Assembly (NCBI GenBank): GCA_963733645.1
Contig: CAVTFP010000015.1
Coordinates: 58,375-122,374 of the forward strand
Origin: an uncultured Alphaproteobacteria bacterium
Lineage (GTDB): Bacteria > Pseudomonadota > Alphaproteobacteria > Rhizobiales > Xanthobacteraceae
DNA length: 64,000 bases
Reading direction: 5' to 3'
In this document: piece by piece, positions 1-7,909 of the stretch
Layout: each line of letters starts with the position of its first letter
Numbering within the stretch: position 1 is the stretch's first letter
Position numbers and translations under genes: made by a program
Notes under the pieces: model-generated
What the model saw: only the letters and a program-made list of their open reading frames with translations
Told to the model about the DNA's origin: nothing
Databases searched by the model: none

Positions 1-1
1 C

Positions 2-1051
2 GGCCGCGGCGCGGTGATATCCGGCGCCGAGGCGGAACTGGTCGCGCTTGCCGACCGTGTCGGCGCGTTGCTCGCGACCTCGGTGTGCGGCCACGGTCTG
101 TTTTCCGGAAATCCATGGTCGGTCGGCATCAGCGGCGGTTTCTCATCGCCGGTTGCCGACGAACTGATCTCCGAAAGCGATTTCATCCTCGCGTTCGGCG
201 CCAGCCTGACGCAATGGACCACCAAGAAGGGCAAATTGATCGCGCCCGGCGCCGTAGTCGCACAGGTCGATATCGAAGGGCCAAAGCTCGGCTATCAGAT
301 GCCGGTTACGTTCGCCGTGCAGGGCGATGCCAAAGCGACGGCGGAAGCGTTATTGGTCGAACTTGATCGGAGGGATGTGAAGGCCCGGGCGACCCGCCGT
401 AATGATGCGATGCGCGCTCGGATCGTCGCCGGCGACAATCATCACTTTCCGCATGCTGAAGAATCGAGCCAAGAGTTCATCGATCCGCGCGCGCTGAGTA
501 AGGCCGTCGATGCTATTTTGCCGATGGGCCGCGTGGTGGCGTCGGACTCCGGACATTTCTGCGGCTGGGTGCCGCGATACTTGCGGGTACCGAATGCGCG
601 CGCCTCGTGCCTGAGCCACTCCTTCCAGTCAGTCGGCCTCGGCTTGCCTTCGGTAATCGGTCTCGCTATTGCCAATCCCGGCAAGCTCGCGGTGCTTGGC
701 ACCGGCGACGGTGGTTTCCTGATGTCGATGGCCGACATGGAAACCGCGGTCCGGCTCGGGCTCCGCCTGTGCATCCTGGTCTACAACGATGCGTCCTATG
801 CGGCCGAAGTTCACTATTTCGGCCGTCAGGGCTTTTCGACCGATATCGTGAAATTTCCCGACACCGATTTTGCGGCGATTGCCCGCGGCTACGGCGCACG
901 CGCCGCGACGGTACGCACGGTGGCCGATCTCGAGCCGGTCAAAGCCTGGGTTGCCGAAGGCGCGCCCGGCGTGTTCGTGATCGACGGCAAGATCAATCCC
1001 AATCTGGAAGCCGACTGGCATGCCGAGCATTTTCCCAAGGACAGCCACTAA
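2..1051 (+). CDS. Thiamine-diphosphate-dependent enzyme (acetolactate synthase / benzoylformate decarboxylase superfamily), 5'-truncated by the window edge
   Basis: Reading frame is open from the window start; the listed ORF 14..1051 begins at an internal GTG. C-terminal ThDP-binding motif GTGDGGFLMSMADMETAVRLGLRLCILVYNDASY. Confidence 0.8.
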   Translation, partial: GRGAVISGAEAELVALADRVGALLATSVCGHGLFSGNPWSVGISGGFSSPVADELISESDFILAFGASLTQWTTKKGKLIAPGAVVAQVDIEGPKLGYQMPVTFAVQGDAKATAEALLVELDRRDVKARATRRNDAMRARIVAGDNHHFPHAEESSQEFIDPRALSKAVDAILPMGRVVASDSGHFCGWVPRYLRVPNARASCLSHSFQSVGLGLPSVIGLAIANPGKLAVLGTGDGGFLMSMADMETAVRLGLRLCILVYNDASYAAEVHYFGRQGFSTDIVKFPDTDFAAIARGYGARAATVRTVADLEPVKAWVAEGAPGVFVIDGKINPNLEADWHAEHFPKDSH

Positions 1052-1818
1052 ATATTGCCACCGACCGATCGCGCCGGCAGGTAGTGCAGCACGCGGCGCT
1101 CGATGAGGATCACACCAAGATAAGCAATGCTGCCGACAACAGTCAGCATGACGATCGAGACGAAGACCAACGGTGTATTAGCCTGGCCTTCGCCGATTGT
1201 GAGGAGATAACCGAGCCCGGCATTGCCGCCGACCAGTTCGCCGACAACGACGCCGACGACAGCCAGCGTCGCGCCGATGCGAAGTCCGGCGAACATCGGC
1301 GGCATCGAAGTCGGAAACTCGATTTTCCAAAATATCTGCGCGCGCGTAGCCTTGAATGCACGGGCCAGATTGATCAGATCCGGATCGACGGTACGCACTG
1401 CGGTTAGCACATTGACCATGACCGGAAAGAATACGATCAGGACCGCGACCAGGATCTTCGGATAAATCGTGAAGCCCATCCACAAAATGAACAATGGAGC
1501 GAACGCGACCTTGGGCGCTATTTGCAGAGCGAGGATGTACGGCGACAGCGCAAGTTCCGCTGTCGGCGACATGCCGAGCAAATAGCCGCCGACGGCGCCA
1601 AGCAGGCTGCCGAGGACAAATCCGGCCAGCACTTCGGCGATGGTGACGCCGGTATGCAGGAGCAAATGGTCGAAACGCCAAGCATGCACGAATTCGTCGG
1701 CGACCATCGATAGCGGCGGCACGATGAAGGTCGGAATATGCAGCAGGCCGGGTCCCCATTGCCAGGCGGCAAGTGACACGACAAGCAGCGCCAAACTGGC
1801 AATCGCGCTGGTCCTCAT
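1048..1818 (-). CDS. ABC transporter permease (NitT/TauT nitrate/sulfonate/taurine-type)
   Basis: 256-aa polytopic hydrophobic protein. Its ATG overlaps the upstream ATPase stop (ATGA at 1815-1818). Adjacent to an ATPase and an NMT1-like binding protein. Confidence 0.85.
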   Translation of the reverse strand: MRTSAIASLALLVVSLAAWQWGPGLLHIPTFIVPPLSMVADEFVHAWRFDHLLLHTGVTIAEVLAGFVLGSLLGAVGGYLLGMSPTAELALSPYILALQIAPKVAFAPLFILWMGFTIYPKILVAVLIVFFPVMVNVLTAVRTVDPDLINLARAFKATRAQIFWKIEFPTSMPPMFAGLRIGATLAVVGVVVGELVGGNAGLGYLLTIGEGQANTPLVFVSIVMLTVVGSIAYLGVILIERRVLHYLPARSVGGNI

Positions 1819-2624
1819 GCCGCGCTTCCAGCCTGTTGCTCGAGGGAAGCGTGTGTAATATCGAGCCGGTCCATCAGCCGTGCCACGTAGTCGTTTGTTT
1901 TCGGGTCGTGCCGTCGCGCGATAGGATTGTCGCGCTCCGGCATGTCGATCACGATCTCGTCGATGATGGTCCCGGGCCTTCGGCTCATCACCAGGACGCG
2001 GTCTGACAGCGTCACCGCCTCAGCCAGATCATGCGTGATGAGGAGCGCCGTCTTGCCCGCCTTCTTGAGCGTCTGGGCGAGATCGCGCTGCAGCACCATC
2101 CGGGTCTGGGCGTCCACCGCAGAAAAGGGCTCATCGAGCAGCAAGACGTGCGGATCGACGGCGAGCGTCCGTGCCAGGGCCACGCGCTGCCGCATGCCGC
2201 CCGACAGTTGGTGCGGATAATGCCCGGCAAATTCCGCGAGATTGAGGTTTGCCAGCAGCGCTTGCGCGCGCCGCTTGCGCTCCGCAACCGGTACGCCCTG
2301 TATCTCGACGCCGAACATCACGTTTTCGGCAACGTTGCGCCACGGCAGCAGCAGATCCTTTTGCAACATGAACGCGACGTGCGAATTCGGCCCTTCGACG
2401 CGCGCGCCGTCGACAAAGGCCATCCCATCGCTCGGCGCCGAGAGCCCGGAGCCGATATTGAGAAGCGTGCTTTTGCCGCAACCGCTCGGTCCGATCAGCG
2501 ACACCACTTCGCCGTCGCGCACCGCAAAATTCACGCCTTGAACCGCGGTCAGCACACCGTGACCGCCGGCTTCCTTAAAACGCATCGTCACGTTGCGGTA
2601 TTCGAGGCGAACAACGTCGGACAT
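1815..2624 (-). CDS. ABC transporter ATP-binding protein
   Basis: Walker A GPSGCGKST, signature LSGGMRQRV, Walker B LLLDEP. Start moved to the internal ATG at 2624 (MSDVVRLEYRNV...); the upstream part of ORF 1815..2879 is Arg/Cys-rich non-coding-like. Confidence 0.9.
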   Translation of the reverse strand: MSDVVRLEYRNVTMRFKEAGGHGVLTAVQGVNFAVRDGEVVSLIGPSGCGKSTLLNIGSGLSAPSDGMAFVDGARVEGPNSHVAFMLQKDLLLPWRNVAENVMFGVEIQGVPVAERKRRAQALLANLNLAEFAGHYPHQLSGGMRQRVALARTLAVDPHVLLLDEPFSAVDAQTRMVLQRDLAQTLKKAGKTALLITHDLAEAVTLSDRVLVMSRRPGTIIDEIVIDMPERDNPIARRHDPKTNDYVARLMDRLDITHASLEQQAGSAA

Positions 2625-2760
2625 ATGCAAATCGACCGGTGCCTGTTTGGGCCGATACGCACATTTCGCCGCCCAATGGTGTCGAGTATAGTGACAAACA
2701 CCGGGATCGCCGATAGGGCAGAGGGCAAGGTAGCGCTGTGCCCGCACACAGGAGCCAATA

Positions 2761-3765
2761 ATGTTTGATCGCGTAAACGGACCGACTCGGCGATACCTGC
2801 TGCAAGGTGTGCCCGGTCTCGTGTTCGGTCTCGGTGCTTTGGGTGCAACAACGCCGGCGCTGGCCGATGAAAAGATCACCTATTTGTTCCCGGCGCCGCC
2901 GCTGTTGCCGGCGTTCGGGCCGATCCGGCTGGCGCAAGGCAGGGGCTATTTCAAGCAAGCCGGCCTTGATGTGGACTTCGCGGTCGGACGTGGCGGCGTC
3001 GATGTCGCCAAGCAGGTCGGCGCCGGCAATGTGCCGCTCGGCGGCATCGTCGCTGATGGACCGATTATCGTCCGGCAGAACGGCGTGCCGGTGAAGATCG
3101 TCGCGTTGTTCGGCGGTAAGGGTTTTATGCAACTCGTGGTGCGTGCGGACTCCGGCATCGAGAAGCCGGCCGACCTGAAGGGCAAGACCATCACGGTCAT
3201 GTCCTATCAGGACACGACGTTCTATGCGTTGCTCGGCCTCCTCGCGAGCGTCGGCCTGACCAAAGACGACGTCGATATCCAGTCGGCGGGTCCGGTCGGC
3301 GTCTGGCAGTCGGTGGCGACCGGCAAATCGGTCGGCATGGCCGGCGTGCCGGATTGGATTCCGCCGGTTGAAGCTGCGGGCGTCGCCATCAAGATCCTGC
3401 CGACCGACGAGTTCTTTCCACACATGGCGCAGGCCATCGCGGCGTCTGATCAGATCATCAAAGACAAGCCCGACATGGTGCGCGCCTTCGTCAAGGCGGC
3501 GTTACATGGCATGAAAGACATTATGGACGATCCCAACGGCGCGGCCGTCGACTTCGTGAAATTCGTGCCGGAGTGGACCGGCAAGGAAGGCCAGGTCAAG
3601 GAAGCCTTCGCCTATTACGACAAGCTCATCTATCCGGGACAAAAAGTGCTCGGCGCGGTCGATCCTGATCGCATGGCAAAGTTGCAGGACTTTTATCTGG
3701 CCCACGGAATCATTGAGAAGAAGTCGCCGGTGGACGATCTCTTCACCAACCAGTTCGTCGGCTAG
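2761..3765 (+). CDS. ABC transporter periplasmic substrate-binding protein (NMT1/THI5-like) with a Tat/Sec-type signal
   Basis: N-terminus RRYLLQGVPGLVFGLGALGATTPALA followed by a binding-protein-like sequence. Divergent from the permease/ATPase pair. Confidence 0.85.
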   Translation: MFDRVNGPTRRYLLQGVPGLVFGLGALGATTPALADEKITYLFPAPPLLPAFGPIRLAQGRGYFKQAGLDVDFAVGRGGVDVAKQVGAGNVPLGGIVADGPIIVRQNGVPVKIVALFGGKGFMQLVVRADSGIEKPADLKGKTITVMSYQDTTFYALLGLLASVGLTKDDVDIQSAGPVGVWQSVATGKSVGMAGVPDWIPPVEAAGVAIKILPTDEFFPHMAQAIAASDQIIKDKPDMVRAFVKAALHGMKDIMDDPNGAAVDFVKFVPEWTGKEGQVKEAFAYYDKLIYPGQKVLGAVDPDRMAKLQDFYLAHGIIEKKSPVDDLFTNQFVG

Positions 3766-3781
3766 GGTTTTGTCCGCTGTC

Positions 3782-3803
3782 ATGCTCCGCGAAGGCGGAG
3801 CAT
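3782..3803. repeat. Perfect 9-bp stem / GAAG-loop hairpin (REP-like element or weak terminator) just after the binding-protein gene
   Basis: atgctccgc-gaag-gcggagcat read directly from the sequence. No T-tract follows. Confidence 0.4.
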
Positions 3804-3843
3804 CCAGTAGTCATCGACGCTTGTCGCGCTTGAGCGAGCCGTC

Positions 3844-4263
3844 CTAATTCTTTCCGTAACTGTCCGTGCCTTGCCAGCCGTTCTTCGAAATATCGAAGAT
3901 GACGCCGTCAGGGTCCTTGAACTTGCGCTCGAAGTTGCCGTGACGTTCATCGCCGAGGTCGAAGAAGAACTTGCCGCCGTTAGCCTCGATGCGCTTCTGG
4001 GTTTCGGCCAGGTCGTCGACCTGGAAGCCGAAATGATGCGCGCCGACAAAGCCCTTCGGGTTCTTGATGTCGGACGCCTTGCTGCCGGCGCCGGTCGAGA
4101 AGTTGAGCAACGCGAGATTGATCACACCGTCGCTCATATAGACGGCCGAACCGATGTCCAGGTCCTCGCGCGCGATGCGCTTGAGATCGAATACGGTCTC
4201 ATAGAATTTCGCGGCCTTGTCGAGGTCGTTTACGCAGACGGCAAAATGGCGCAACCGTGCCAT
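3844..4263 (-). CDS. VOC-family (glyoxalase/bleomycin-resistance/dioxygenase fold) protein
   Basis: Internal ATG at 4263 gives MARLRHFAVCVNDLDKAAKFYETVF..., a typical VOC N-terminus. The longer ORF 3844..4539 overlaps the divergent promoter region. Confidence 0.75.
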   Translation of the reverse strand: MARLRHFAVCVNDLDKAAKFYETVFDLKRIAREDLDIGSAVYMSDGVINLALLNFSTGAGSKASDIKNPKGFVGAHHFGFQVDDLAETQKRIEANGGKFFFDLGDERHGNFERKFKDPDGVIFDISKNGWQGTDSYGKN

Positions 4264-4323
4264 GTAATTCCTCCACTGGGCTGACATTGCCCTGTCCGTG
4301 ACCATGATAATAACCTCACCGTC

Positions 4324-5445
4324 ATGAGCAAGCGACACGCCGAAATCGTCGGTGCGGGATTTGCCGGCCTTACGGCAGCCTGCGCGCTCGCGCAAAGCGG
4401 CTGGAGCGTGCGTGTGCACGAACGGGCGGATCGGCTGCGCACGACCGGCGCCGGCATCTACATTTACGAGAACGGGTTGCGCGTGCTCGAAGCGGTTGGC
4501 GCCTATGAGGCCGCCGTGAAGGGCGCACCGTTCGCGCATACGCGCGAAGTGCGTGACGGTGACGACAAGCTGATTTCAGTGCACCGCTGGCAGGGCAGCC
4601 GCGTCTTCAGCATCGTGCGGCAGAACGTCATCAACGCGCTTGCTTCCGCCGCAAGGCTGGCGGGTGTCGAGATCGTGACCGATTCGGCGGCGTCGGGCGC
4701 GACGCCCGACGGCGAGCTCACTTTGGTCGACGGCCGAAAGCTCAAAGCCGATCTGATCGTCGGTGCTGACGGCAACAATTCGCGACTGCGCGACTCGCTC
4801 GGCTTGTTGTCGAAGCGAAAATATCTCGTCGACGGCTGCACGCGGCTCCTGATGGAAAAAACCGCAGAGGAGCGCGCCATAACCGGCGGTGCCAAGACCA
4901 CTGAATATTGGTCGGGCACCCGCCGCCTGCTCTACACGCCGTGCAGTGAGACCGACATTTATATCGCGCTGACCATGCTCGACACCGACGAGGTCGCTAA
5001 GGCGGTGCCGGTGCGCAAGGACGAGTGGAAGCGCGCATTTCCGCATCTTGAGACTCTGATCGACCGCATCGGCGAGCAGGGCCGTTATGACCGGTTCGAC
5101 ATGATCAAATTGAAACGCTGGTCTCGCGGCCGGGTCGCAATCGTCGGCGATGCTGCGCATTCGTTGCCGCCGAATATCGGGCAAGGCGGCGGTTGCGCCA
5201 TGATGAATGCGCTGTCGCTCTCGGTCTACCTAGAGCGTGAGAACGATGTCGTTACGGCATTGCGGACCTGGGAGCAGCAGGAACGGCCGATGACCGAGCA
5301 CACCCAGCGCATTTCATATTTTCTTGGACTGCCGACGACATGGCCGCCGACGCTGCGTGCCTTCGCGCTCGGCTTGGTCGGCCGCTCGAAATGGCTCACA
5401 GCCCAGCGCACGCGCACTGCGCTGCATCGGCCCACCGGGACGTAA
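4324..5445 (+). CDS. FAD-dependent aromatic monooxygenase (salicylate hydroxylase/UbiH-like)
   Basis: N-terminal dinucleotide fold AEIVGAGFAGLTAACALAQSGWSVRVHER. Also DLIVGADGNNSRLR and GRVAIVGDAAH motifs. Confidence 0.85.
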   Translation: MSKRHAEIVGAGFAGLTAACALAQSGWSVRVHERADRLRTTGAGIYIYENGLRVLEAVGAYEAAVKGAPFAHTREVRDGDDKLISVHRWQGSRVFSIVRQNVINALASAARLAGVEIVTDSAASGATPDGELTLVDGRKLKADLIVGADGNNSRLRDSLGLLSKRKYLVDGCTRLLMEKTAEERAITGGAKTTEYWSGTRRLLYTPCSETDIYIALTMLDTDEVAKAVPVRKDEWKRAFPHLETLIDRIGEQGRYDRFDMIKLKRWSRGRVAIVGDAAHSLPPNIGQGGGCAMMNALSLSVYLERENDVVTALRTWEQQERPMTEHTQRISYFLGLPTTWPPTLRAFALGLVGRSKWLTAQRTRTALHRPTGT

Positions 5446-5448
5446 CGT

Positions 5449-6015
5449 TCAAAACGGAATCGTGATGCCGTCCATAGGCGCGTCGCAATTGACAAGATCG
5501 ACACGCTTCCAGGCAATCATGATGCGGCTGTCGGCCTGGACCAGACGGTGCATGGCAGTGCCGCCGAACAGGCGCTGTTGCTCGCGGCGATATTCGATCA
5601 TCATGAATTTGGAGCGGATAGTGCAGGCGTTCTTCCCCGCCTCTTCGATAGTGACATTGGTAACGATGCGACTCGTGCGCGAGCGCGGCTCCTGCGAATA
5701 CATGCGCGGGCTGGCAAGGCGGCGCACGCGAGTTTCAAGCAGCCGCCGGTCGTCATAGATCAGCGACACGGTCTCGACCGGGTCGGCCTGACCGGGCTCG
5801 CTCGGCACCCAGTACCATGCATCCGGCGTGAATAAAGCGAGCCACGCGTCGAACTTGCCGTCGTCGAGCAGGCGGGCTTCGTGCAGCAAAAACTGCTCAC
5901 AGCGATCAACGTCGAGAGGATGCTGGGAAGGAAAATTGGCTGGTCTGGCACGCGCCGAAATCGGCCGCCGCCGCGGTGCTGCCGGTCTGCGAGCGCGTCT
6001 AGGCTTCCGTCCCAT
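5449..6015 (-). CDS. Aromatic-ring-hydroxylating dioxygenase beta (small) subunit with an Arg/Pro-rich N-terminal extension
   Basis: Core FLLHEARLLDDGKFDAWLALFTPDAWYWVP... is typical of the NTF2-like beta subunit. The only in-frame start is the ATG at 6015, which overlaps the alpha-subunit stop (TGATG at 6013-6017). Confidence 0.8.
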   Translation of the reverse strand: MGRKPRRARRPAAPRRRPISARARPANFPSQHPLDVDRCEQFLLHEARLLDDGKFDAWLALFTPDAWYWVPSEPGQADPVETVSLIYDDRRLLETRVRRLASPRMYSQEPRSRTSRIVTNVTIEEAGKNACTIRSKFMMIEYRREQQRLFGGTAMHRLVQADSRIMIAWKRVDLVNCDAPMDGITIPF

Positions 6016-7382
6016 CAGGTGTCGGCGTGCGCGCTCTGCCTTCGGTCCCTCACATGCGCGGCAGGGTAGGCAGCGTCTGCGGTCATGTAGCCGAGCCAGG
6101 CATCGAGCATGTTGCGGATATAGACTTCGCTGGTTGAGTTTTGGCCGCGCCGGCCGCCGTGGGCATCTGGAGTATCGCTCTGCATGCCGCGCCCGATTTC
6201 GATCCACTCGGCGCCGGCGCTGGAGAGTCCCATGCCGATGCGATTGTAGATTTCGAGGTCATCGGTGAGCACCAGCGAGCCGGTGCCGTTGACGGTATTG
6301 GCGAAACTGATGGTGTTGCGGAACATTTGCTCCGGCGCACCCTTGAGCCGAAAATTGTAGGTGTGGACGATTGTGCGGTTGACGTCGATCGGATGCACCA
6401 CGCGAAGCTGCTGAAACTGGCTCATGAACGACACGTTCGGATAAACGTTGCTGTTCCAACGCCGCACATCCAGGACGCGACGCGTTTCTACCTTGCCCTT
6501 TTTCTTCTCCATCGCTGCGATGTAGTCGCGGAACACCGGGTCCTTGAGCGCCGCGACCAGCTTGGCGTCGTCGTGATAGTCGCCGAGATAGGAGTGACCG
6601 TTGGGATACGCCCAGATGCCGACCTGCGATTCCCAGAAGCTGTATGGCGCGCCGTTCTGGCGCATCTGCCGGATGGCGATTTCGCCCGAGCCGTCAGTGT
6701 GCGCTTGGTCCGATTGCTGTTGAGCCGCGTCGATCGACGAGCGATGGGTGAACAGCGGGTGAGCGGCATCACAGAGGTTTTCCAGATAGAGCTTCCAGTT
6801 GGCGTCATAAGCGTGCTTGAACATCCCGCCGGCCACCTCGATCTCGCCGTCCGGCGCACGATCGATCATGTCGTCGAGCGAAGTCGTCATGTAGCCGAGG
6901 AATTCCTCCAGGCTCGGTCCGTCGGGGGCTTCGCTGGCGAAGACAAAGCCGCGATAGCTCGTCACGCGCGGCACCTGCACCATCGCGGTCTTCGGATTGT
7001 TCGGATCGAAGTCCTTGGGATAGCCGTGCTGCAGCGGTACTGCCTTGAGCCGGCCATCGAGATGATAGGTCCAGCCGTGATAGCAGCACTGGAATTCCTC
7101 CGCGTTGCCCTTGTCATTGGCAACGACCAGCGAGCCGCGATGGGCGCATTGATTGTGAATGACGCGGATCGTACCGTTGGCGTCGCGCACCAGCACGACC
7201 GGTTTGCGGCCGATGAAGGTACGGAAATAGTCGCCGGGGTTTTTCACCTGGCTTTCGTGCCCGACATAAATCCAGGCCGTACCGAAAATACGTTGAAGCT
7301 CGAGCTCGAAAATAGCCGGATCGGTGTAGATTTGCCGATGCACGCGGCCGGGCTGCACGAACTCCGCTAGATTTGCAGTCAT
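6015..7382 (-). CDS. Rieske [2Fe-2S] aromatic-ring-hydroxylating oxygenase alpha subunit
   Basis: Rieske motif CAHRGSLV...CCYHGWTY. Mononuclear-iron motif DAAHPLFTH (D-x2-H-x4-H). Confidence 0.9.
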   Translation of the reverse strand: MTANLAEFVQPGRVHRQIYTDPAIFELELQRIFGTAWIYVGHESQVKNPGDYFRTFIGRKPVVLVRDANGTIRVIHNQCAHRGSLVVANDKGNAEEFQCCYHGWTYHLDGRLKAVPLQHGYPKDFDPNNPKTAMVQVPRVTSYRGFVFASEAPDGPSLEEFLGYMTTSLDDMIDRAPDGEIEVAGGMFKHAYDANWKLYLENLCDAAHPLFTHRSSIDAAQQQSDQAHTDGSGEIAIRQMRQNGAPYSFWESQVGIWAYPNGHSYLGDYHDDAKLVAALKDPVFRDYIAAMEKKKGKVETRRVLDVRRWNSNVYPNVSFMSQFQQLRVVHPIDVNRTIVHTYNFRLKGAPEQMFRNTISFANTVNGTGSLVLTDDLEIYNRIGMGLSSAGAEWIEIGRGMQSDTPDAHGGRRGQNSTSEVYIRNMLDAWLGYMTADAAYPAAHVRDRRQSAHADT

Positions 7383-7396
7383 CGTTCTATGCTAGC

Positions 7397-7909
7397 TCAA
7401 TTTCCAAAATTTGCCGCCAGATAGTCGGTCATGGTGTTTGCCTCGTCAGGCGTCGCCGTCGCGCCCCAGGCAACCATGTTGTTGACGATGACGGGCCACG
7501 CTCCCTTTTGGCGCTTGGTGGTGGCGATGCGTTCAAGGTCGTGGCATAGGCCGCAGCGGGTTTCGACCAGATCCTTGCCGTGCCCGTCCGGCAGCGTCAC
7601 CGGCTTGGCCAGCGGCAAGTTGGCGCCCGGGCCAAGATTCAGCGAGAGATAGTCCACGACTTTGTCGATCTCGGAGGGCGTTAGTTGTGCGCCACGCAGC
7701 ACCATGTTGTTGACGTAGATCCGCCAACCCGCGGCGCCATCGCGAATCTTGGCGATGGTGCCGAGGTAATGGCATTGCGAACATGCTACCGCGACGATGT
7801 CGCGTCCGTCGCCGGGCGGCAAGGGATTGGCATTTTGCGCACGGCCCGGCGAGGCTGCGGCTACGATCACAAGCGCGAGAAAACCTGACAACACTGTCCG
7901 CATGGTCAT
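7397..7909 (-). CDS. Periplasmic dihaem c-type cytochrome (two internally repeated ~70-aa units)
   Basis: Two CxxCH motifs (CSQCH, CGLCH). Signal peptide MTMRTVLSGFLALVIVAAASPGRAQ. The ATG at 7909 overlaps the upstream stop (ATGA at 7906-7909). Confidence 0.8.
   Translation of the reverse strand: MTMRTVLSGFLALVIVAAASPGRAQNANPLPPGDGRDIVAVACSQCHYLGTIAKIRDGAAGWRIYVNNMVLRGAQLTPSEIDKVVDYLSLNLGPGANLPLAKPVTLPDGHGKDLVETRCGLCHDLERIATTKRQKGAWPVIVNNMVAWGATATPDEANTMTDYLAANFGN

Noticed and set aside
6141-7370. 409-aa plus-strand ORF antisense to the Rieske oxygenase alpha gene
   Set aside because: It fully overlaps a gene with clear catalytic motifs. The translation is Arg/Ala/Val/His-rich with no recognisable domain, as expected for long open antisense frames in GC-rich DNA.
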